This document shows, piece by piece, positions 58,556-64,000 of a stretch of 64,000 nucleotides of DNA. The notes under the pieces were generated by a model. That model saw only the letters and a list, made by a program, of their open reading frames with translations. It made no database searches and was not told the DNA's origin. Numbering within the stretch: the stretch's first letter is position 1; each line of letters begins with the position of its first letter. Both the position numbers and the translations under genes were made by a program. The stretch is from an uncultured Candidatus Saccharibacteria bacterium (GTDB lineage: Bacteria > Patescibacteriota > Minisyncoccia > Phycocordibacterales > UBA9973). The stretch spans positions 86,061 to 150,060 of the forward strand of contig CAYZYV010000002.1 in assembly GCA_964482735.1 (NCBI GenBank), given 5' to 3'.

Positions 58556-59512
58556 TTACGCTATTAATGCCTTTTCGGCAAGGGCTATTGCACTTTCTTT
58601 AGAAACAGCTTGCATCGTAAAACCATTCCGATGGCAAAAGATTACGTCAGACACACCAGTCACCGCCTGTAATCTTTCATCTCCATTCGTAAGCCCCCTC
58701 CAATTTTCAGGAAATGGCTTGCGACTTTCTTTTGTGCCAATCGATTTAATTATAGCTTCAATTTTCCAAAATTTTCCACTTCCTCCTGGCATAAGTACAT
58801 ATACAGGCTCAGGAAGAATAGCCAGCGTATCTTGATATAATTTTCGAGACAAAGAAATATCTAAAATGACTATCCTTTTATCTTTAGCAGCACTGTATGC
58901 ATTCAAAATAATTTGATTGCCCTCTTCCTCATCTTTGCTTATTTTGATTTCCCTTAAAAGAAATTTTTTAACTTCTTTCACTTGTTGAACAAATATCTTA
59001 TCTATATTTTTATTTTTCTCTTTCCATGTTGGTATTTTATCTAAAAATACTTTTTCAACTCCACTACGAACAATACCGTCAAATATTGGTTTTGAAATGT
59101 CCACTCCATTGTCTGAGGCATCTATTGGTTGAACAATTTTTCTGTCTACTCTATCAGCCACTTCTTTACTCCCACAAACTTGTTCTCCATACTTCTTCCA
59201 GACCAAACCAAATGAAGCGTAAGGCAATCCATTTTTTCTCTCCCCAGCTCCTCCTTTTTGATGATGATCAAAACGATTAATTTCAGGATCATAAATTAAT
59301 CCAATATCATAAACAAAATCTGCCTTGTCTATAATTTCTTGATCGTTGGTTCTAATTATTTTTACACGACCGTCAAAGACGATAGATAATACTGCAGTTG
59401 CAAATAAATCATCGGCATGAAAACCTCCGGGGTGTGTTACTAGTATCTTTCTTTTTTTAAATACATTCATCTTTTTCTTTGATATTAATTTTAATTCCAA
59501 ACAGTTCGACAA
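58556..59512 (-). CDS. MYG1/UPF0160-family metal-dependent hydrolase
   Basis: THPGGFHADDLFA and YDPEINRFDHHQ motifs. The start is probably at the internal Met (MNVFKK). Confidence 0.65.
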   Translation of the reverse strand: MSNCLELKLISKKKMNVFKKRKILVTHPGGFHADDLFATAVLSIVFDGRVKIIRTNDQEIIDKADFVYDIGLIYDPEINRFDHHQKGGAGERKNGLPYASFGLVWKKYGEQVCGSKEVADRVDRKIVQPIDASDNGVDISKPIFDGIVRSGVEKVFLDKIPTWKEKNKNIDKIFVQQVKEVKKFLLREIKISKDEEEGNQIILNAYSAAKDKRIVILDISLSRKLYQDTLAILPEPVYVLMPGGSGKFWKIEAIIKSIGTKESRKPFPENWRGLTNGDERLQAVTGVSDVIFCHRNGFTMQAVSKESAIALAEKALIA

Positions 59513-60080
59513 ACAAAGTTATAATTTTTTCCAAAATTAAAAATGCGACAAAGAAGGCCAGAATTATTATTATAAAATTTCTAACATCTTTACTTACCAT
59601 CAAAGCCGTATGACTAAAGAAGAATCCTAATCCAAACATTATGATAGACCACGCCACCAAAGAAGAGATTTCAGCCGGGATAAAAGTTCTTAATTTTATC
59701 TTCTTGTAGCCAGAGTAAATTAATGTAAACCAGTACATCCCTAAAATCAAAAACCTAGATACAAAAACTGAGCGGAACGGTTTTTTCAGAAAATTCGGGA
59801 AAAATATATGTATCTTACATTCTGCTTGTTTTAAAATATCGTTTGTTGAGTACTTTCTTTGTAAAAAATATCCTAGACTATATCCCACAACAGACTTAAT
59901 CGCTCCACCCGTAAATGTAGCGACAAAAGCCATGGCTACATTTATAGACCCAAGGTAGGCAAATATACCAGCCAAAATAACGACTATTTCTCCTTCCAAG
60001 AACACACCCAACAAGATCAGGACATAAATTATTTCGGCATGAGAAGCAGCCACGTTTTGTATATATTCAATAGAAAACAT
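59457..60080 (-). CDS. DedA/VTT-domain family membrane protein
   Basis: Polytopic protein with GEIVVILAGIFAYLG resembling the DedA core. Confidence 0.45.
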   Translation of the reverse strand: MFSIEYIQNVAASHAEIIYVLILLGVFLEGEIVVILAGIFAYLGSINVAMAFVATFTGGAIKSVVGYSLGYFLQRKYSTNDILKQAECKIHIFFPNFLKKPFRSVFVSRFLILGMYWFTLIYSGYKKIKLRTFIPAEISSLVAWSIIMFGLGFFFSHTALMVSKDVRNFIIIILAFFVAFLILEKIITLFVELFGIKINIKEKDECI

Positions 60081-60083
60081 AAA

Positions 60084-60428
60084 TTAGATATCGTAGTGGA
60101 AAACCTTTTTGAGAAGCCAGTTTATGATTGAGACCAACAATGCCCCGACAAATGCCGCGTAGAAACCATCAACAGTAAAACCCTTTATCAAAGTTCCTAA
60201 GTACCAGAACAATGCTCCGTTGATGACTAGAGAAAACAAGCCGAGAGTTATTGCATTTATCGGAAGAGTTAGGACATTAACAATTGGTTTTATAAACATG
60301 TTAAATAAAGTTAGACAAGCTCCCACTACCAAAGCCACCCAGATAGGGCTAACAACTACCCCATCTATTATCTTTGTAGTAGCAAAGACCGCAATAGAAA
60401 TCAAAAGCCAGTGTAATATAATTTTCAT
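60084..60428 (-). CDS. Phage-holin-4_2/DUF360 (YvlD-like) small membrane protein
   Basis: 114 aa, four TM, with FNMFIKPIVNVLTLPINAITLGLFSLVING matching the family core. Confidence 0.6.
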   Translation of the reverse strand: MKIILHWLLISIAVFATTKIIDGVVVSPIWVALVVGACLTLFNMFIKPIVNVLTLPINAITLGLFSLVINGALFWYLGTLIKGFTVDGFYAAFVGALLVSIINWLLKKVFHYDI

Positions 60429-60543
60429 CCCGTTAGAAGCAGGTCGCGGTCGCTATTATCTCAACAGCAATCTGCTAAAATTAAATAATTAATTTAAAAA
60501 AACTTAATATCCCCATCAAAACCATGACCGCGGCTTCTAACGG
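60429..60543. repeat. Repeated ~115-bp TIR element (copy 2), abutting the start codon of the DUF360 gene
   Basis: Left IR CCCGTTAGAAGCAGGTCGCGGTCG, right IR (read as reverse complement) CCCGTTAGAAGCCGCGGTC, and core CTATTATCTCAACAGCAATCTGCTAAAATTAA aligning with copy 1 at 6059-6174. Confidence 0.5.
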
Positions 60544-60561
60544 GATCATGCCCACATATTA

Positions 60562-61017
60562 TTAAACAAATAATTGATCGACAATTTCCTTAACCATAGC
60601 GCCATCAGCTTTACCTTTGAGATCCTTCATCAAGGAGGCCATAAACATCCCCTTCTTTGATGGATCGATTGCTCCAAGTTCAGAGACTTTACTTTTTACA
60701 AATTCTTCAACCTCATTTCTCTCCATAAGCTTAGGAAGATATTCTGACAAGATGTTTAGTTGTCTTGTTTCTTCTTCTACGAGATCCATTCTTCCACCTT
60801 TAGTGAATTGCTCGATAGAATCTTTTCTTTGTTTTGCTAATCTTGTAACTACTGCTAGAGCTTGCTCGTCAGATAACATCTCCTGAGGGGTGTGACCCGT
60901 AGCAACTAATTCATTTGTAAAAGCAGTGACTAATCCTCTCATAACTTCGAGACGAATTTTATCACCAGCTTTCATCGCTTCTTTTATTTGATTTTTTATA
61001 TTTTCATGTAATGTCAT
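60562..61017 (-). CDS. GatB/YqeY domain protein
   Basis: 151 aa with the typical N-terminal L...IK.AMKAGDK.RL..LR.L pattern. Confidence 0.75.
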   Translation of the reverse strand: MTLHENIKNQIKEAMKAGDKIRLEVMRGLVTAFTNELVATGHTPQEMLSDEQALAVVTRLAKQRKDSIEQFTKGGRMDLVEEETRQLNILSEYLPKLMERNEVEEFVKSKVSELGAIDPSKKGMFMASLMKDLKGKADGAMVKEIVDQLFV

Positions 61018-61059
61018 GTTCTAATTATACTAAATACATGCTAAAATACAATTATGAAT

Positions 61060-61324
61060 CCCGTAGTAGAAAATGACATTGTATTGAAATACAGATTTAC
61101 AGACAATAAAGCTACGTGGATGTTTGAAATTTATTAAAATTAAGATATAAAATGACTGAATTCATAATGTCATTTTTCACTAACGGGATGTATCCCGTAG
61201 TAGAAAATAACATTGTATTGAAACACAGACTGGCAAATAATAAAATTACGTGGATGTTTGAAAATTATTAGAATTAAGATATAAAATGACCCAATTCATA
61301 ATGTCATTTTTCACTAACGGGATG
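61060..61324 (+). repeat. Tandem ~135-140-bp duplication covering the promoter/leader and first 13 codons of the exonuclease gene
   Basis: Unit 1 is ATCCCGTAGTAGAAAATGACATTGTATTGAAATACAGA...ATGACTGAATTCATAATGTCATTTTTCACTAACGGGATG. Unit 2 is the near-identical TATCCCGTAGTAGAAAATAACATTGTATTGAAACACAGA...ATGACCCAATTCATAATGTCATTTTTCACTAACGGGATG. Confidence 0.7.
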
Positions 61325-62047
61325 AAAAACATTATCTTTTTTGATACCGAAACTACGGGCAACACCGATAAGGATTTTCTTTGCCAAATTGCTTACAAGG
61401 AAATGAATGGCGAATCTTTTTGTGGTTTATACAAGCCTCCTTTTAAGATACCACCTGAAGCTTCTGCTGTTCATCATATTTCCAACAAGATGATAGCGGA
61501 TAAACCAAGCTTCTGTGAAAGTGAAGACCACTCAAAAATCAAAGATCTTTTTGAAAATCCGAACAATGTCGTCGTTGCTCACAATGCCACTTTTGATTTA
61601 GCTATGCTTAAAAAGGAAGACATTGTCCCATCTAATTTTATTTGTACTCTACGTGTTGCTAGATTTTTAGACAAAGAAGGAAAAATAGAAAAATACAATC
61701 TTCAATATTTGAGATACCTTCTAGAGATAGAGATAGAAGCACAGGCCCATGATGCTTTGGGGGATGTGCTCGTCCTAGAGAAACTTTTCGAAAGGTTATT
61801 CAAAAAAATAATGGAAGAAAATAATTTTTCTGAACAAGAAGCCATAGATGAAATGATCGAAATATCTTCCCACCCCACAATCTTGAGAACAATTAATTTT
61901 GGAAAATATAACGGTAAAGAAATACGAGAAATCGCCGACATTGATCGCGGATATCTCGAATGGCTCTTAAGGCAAAAAGAAGAAAGTGACCAGATTGACG
62001 AAGATTGGATATATACCCTTCGTCATTATTTAGGAATGTTGCAGTAA
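61286..62047 (+). CDS. DEDDh 3'-5' exonuclease (DNA polymerase III epsilon-like) with C-terminal extension
   Basis: Exo I IIFFDTETTG, Exo II VVAHNATFDLAML and Exo III HDALGDVLV. Confidence 0.8.
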   Translation: MTQFIMSFFTNGMKNIIFFDTETTGNTDKDFLCQIAYKEMNGESFCGLYKPPFKIPPEASAVHHISNKMIADKPSFCESEDHSKIKDLFENPNNVVVAHNATFDLAMLKKEDIVPSNFICTLRVARFLDKEGKIEKYNLQYLRYLLEIEIEAQAHDALGDVLVLEKLFERLFKKIMEENNFSEQEAIDEMIEISSHPTILRTINFGKYNGKEIREIADIDRGYLEWLLRQKEESDQIDEDWIYTLRHYLGMLQ

Positions 62048-62063
62048 AAATGACTCATAATAA

Positions 62064-62093
62064 GAATTGCCCCGACCGCGGTCGGGGCAATTC
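62064..62093. terminator. Bidirectional hairpin GAATTGCCCCGACCGCGGTCGGGGCAATTC
   Basis: Perfect 13-bp GC-rich stem between convergent genes. Confidence 0.7.
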
Positions 62094-62101
62094 TATTTTA
62101 A

Positions 62102-63997
62102 TTATTCTTCTTCCGTTTCTTCAAAAACTTCCTCTAATTTTTTTTGCCTTTCTTCCCTAAACGCTTTAGCTTGGCTTTCATACATAGAAGCATATTCTCC
62201 TTTTTTCTCTAGTAGTTCAATATGACTACCTATTTCTACTAACTCACCCTCACTAAGAACAATTATTTTATCAAGATTTTGCGTCGTGTTAAATCTATGC
62301 GTAATAACTATTAGTGTTTTACCAACTGACGCACTAATCATCTGATTAAAGATATATTCTTCTGCCAGAGCATCAATCGAAGCTGTTGGTTCATCAAGAA
62401 TAGTTATGAGACCTTCTCGGTAAATTATTCTAGCAAGTGCCATTTTTTGTTGTTGCCCCTTTGAAAGTTCTGTTCCGTTTTCAAATTCTCTTCCTAGCTG
62501 TTGATCAAATCCATCTTTAAATTCTGAGATAAATTCATTGGCATCAGAAACTTCTGCTGCTTTTTTAACTTTACTTTTATCAACCTCTTGATCGGTTCTT
62601 CCCATAGAGATAGATTCTTCAACTGAGAAATCATAAGATAGATAGTCCTGAAGCAAGATAGCGAGATAAGACCCCCATTCGTTACTATCTATATCTTTCA
62701 AATTAATTCCATCTATAAATATGTCTCCCTCTGTAGGGTCATAAATTCTTGCAAGTAATTTTACAAGAGTTGACTTACCTGCACCGTTCTTTCCCACAAG
62801 AGCAATCTTTTCTCCAGGTTTAATTACAAAACTAACATTTTTAAGAATATCTTTTGTCCCACCGCTATACCTAAAACTGACATTTTTAAATTCAATCAAC
62901 GGAGATTTTACAAGATCCAAAGCGGTCGGATTTTTTGTTTTACTAATAAATGGTTTAGTATCGAGAACTTCAAAAATTTCATTTACGTATAAGTTTCTTT
63001 CAAATTGTCTTGAGAAATCTTGAAGTATCGAATTTATTGATCCAACAAGTTGTCCTAAAATACTCATCAAGAAAACCATCGATCCAACAGATTCGCTACC
63101 ACCAGACACTTTTCCTATAATCAGATAAAATCCAATTCCTACCCCCGCCGCACTGATAATACTTGCTAAAGATGACCACCAAAGGTTTCTACGATCAACC
63201 TTTAATTGATCTTTTCTGAAGGCCCCAAGTATTTCATCTGCAATGTTCACAAGCTTATCTGATGCTTGTAATATCTTGGCTTGGATTATTCCTGTTTTTC
63301 CAGTTATATGATTACGAACATGCTGATATCTTTTTTGTCTTGAACTATTTTCAGCCCAAATACTCCATGTTTTGGAACCATATTTCAAACTCACGATAAA
63401 AGATGGTATGGACGAAACTATCACAACTAAATAAATCCACAAAGATAATCTAGTAGCAATTACAGAAGTCAACAAGAATGTAGCCATACTACCTATTGCA
63501 GCAATCTGAAGTTCTGTTAATTCCAAAACTGGCCAAATACTTCTACGAAAAGCTCTCGTTAGCAGATTTTGAAATTCAGGATTTTCATAGTGACCCAAAT
63601 CTATTTCTGCTCTTTTCTTTAGTACAAGCACTTCGAATTCTTGCTCCGTTTTAGCTGACCATATCTTATAAACATAAGTATATCCAGCAGATAAAACTTT
63701 TGTTATAGACCAAACTCCAGCATAAAGAATAACTAACCAAATAGCGATCTCTCCTCCAGAAAGACTTCCGACAACGGAGTTAACCACGTCTCCCATTATT
63801 TTTGACTGCCAAACAGGTAAAACATATGTCGATATGGTTAAAATAATCAAAAAGGCTGTTGACCATTTCGCATATTTAAAACAAATCAGCAAAGACCTGA
63901 TTATGTTTTTTATAAAATTCTTTTTCTTGTTTTGTTTTTCTTCTGGGGTGTTAATAGCCATAAAAAATAATCTTATTATAATAAAACGACTTATCAA
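62102..63997 (-). CDS. ABC transporter permease/ATP-binding fusion (MsbA-like exporter)
   Basis: N-terminal six-TM domain. Walker A GKNGAGKST, signature LSKGQQQ, Walker B ILDEPT. Confidence 0.85.
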   Translation of the reverse strand: MISRFIIIRLFFMAINTPEEKQNKKKNFIKNIIRSLLICFKYAKWSTAFLIILTISTYVLPVWQSKIMGDVVNSVVGSLSGGEIAIWLVILYAGVWSITKVLSAGYTYVYKIWSAKTEQEFEVLVLKKRAEIDLGHYENPEFQNLLTRAFRRSIWPVLELTELQIAAIGSMATFLLTSVIATRLSLWIYLVVIVSSIPSFIVSLKYGSKTWSIWAENSSRQKRYQHVRNHITGKTGIIQAKILQASDKLVNIADEILGAFRKDQLKVDRRNLWWSSLASIISAAGVGIGFYLIIGKVSGGSESVGSMVFLMSILGQLVGSINSILQDFSRQFERNLYVNEIFEVLDTKPFISKTKNPTALDLVKSPLIEFKNVSFRYSGGTKDILKNVSFVIKPGEKIALVGKNGAGKSTLVKLLARIYDPTEGDIFIDGINLKDIDSNEWGSYLAILLQDYLSYDFSVEESISMGRTDQEVDKSKVKKAAEVSDANEFISEFKDGFDQQLGREFENGTELSKGQQQKMALARIIYREGLITILDEPTASIDALAEEYIFNQMISASVGKTLIVITHRFNTTQNLDKIIVLSEGELVEIGSHIELLEKKGEYASMYESQAKAFREERQKKLEEVFEETEEE

Positions 63998-64000
63998 TAA

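Overview
This window is low-GC, Shine-Dalgarno-poor DNA of Patescibacteria/CPR-like character. The core genes are ordinary housekeeping genes: ftsA (partial), ftsZ, trxB, gpmI, mltG, gyrA, pth, rpsA, lepB, hisS, def, fmt, hpf, mscL, rnhB, dnaE, secA, obg, msbA-like and a dnaQ-like exonuclease. RNA genes I can support are five tRNAs (Val-GAC, Ser-CGA, Glu-TTC, Asn-GTT, Lys-CTT), a 16S rRNA on the minus strand whose 3' tail seems to lack the canonical anti-SD CCUCC, and an RNase P RNA (rnpB) just downstream of the 16S with no 23S adjacent.

The most notable region is a roughly 15 kb accessory island at about 29.5-44.6 kb, ending in a large serine recombinase gene whose 3' end overlaps tRNA-Asn. 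It carries:
- an iteron-containing putative origin next to a primase-polymerase/AAA replication gene;
- a complete type I R-M system (hsdR, hsdM, hsdS) with an adjacent GIY-YIG nuclease gene;
- a tight three-gene operon of a HigB-like toxin, a HigA-type HTH fused to an ImmA/IrrE HEXXH peptidase, and a 290-aa unknown protein, which I flag as a candidate regulated toxin/defence module;
- two structured noncoding segments.

Outside the island, a family of structured repeats sits 3' of tRNA genes. The repeats share a conserved about 65-nt core containing a CAGCAG-loop hairpin with compensatory stem changes, and each is followed by an imperfect copy of the neighbouring tRNA's 3' end. A second repeat family (about 115 bp, with about 24-bp terminal inverted repeats) abuts the start codons of gpmI and a holin-like gene. 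Other points of interest are a tandem array of five paralogous small secreted two-TM proteins, two type IV pilin genes (one with a DUF1566-like C-terminal domain), a 39-aa lysine-rich histone-H1-like gene built from a 48-bp tandem repeat, and a roughly 140-bp tandem duplication spanning the start of the exonuclease gene. All calls rest on reading the translations and sequence by eye; no database searches were run.
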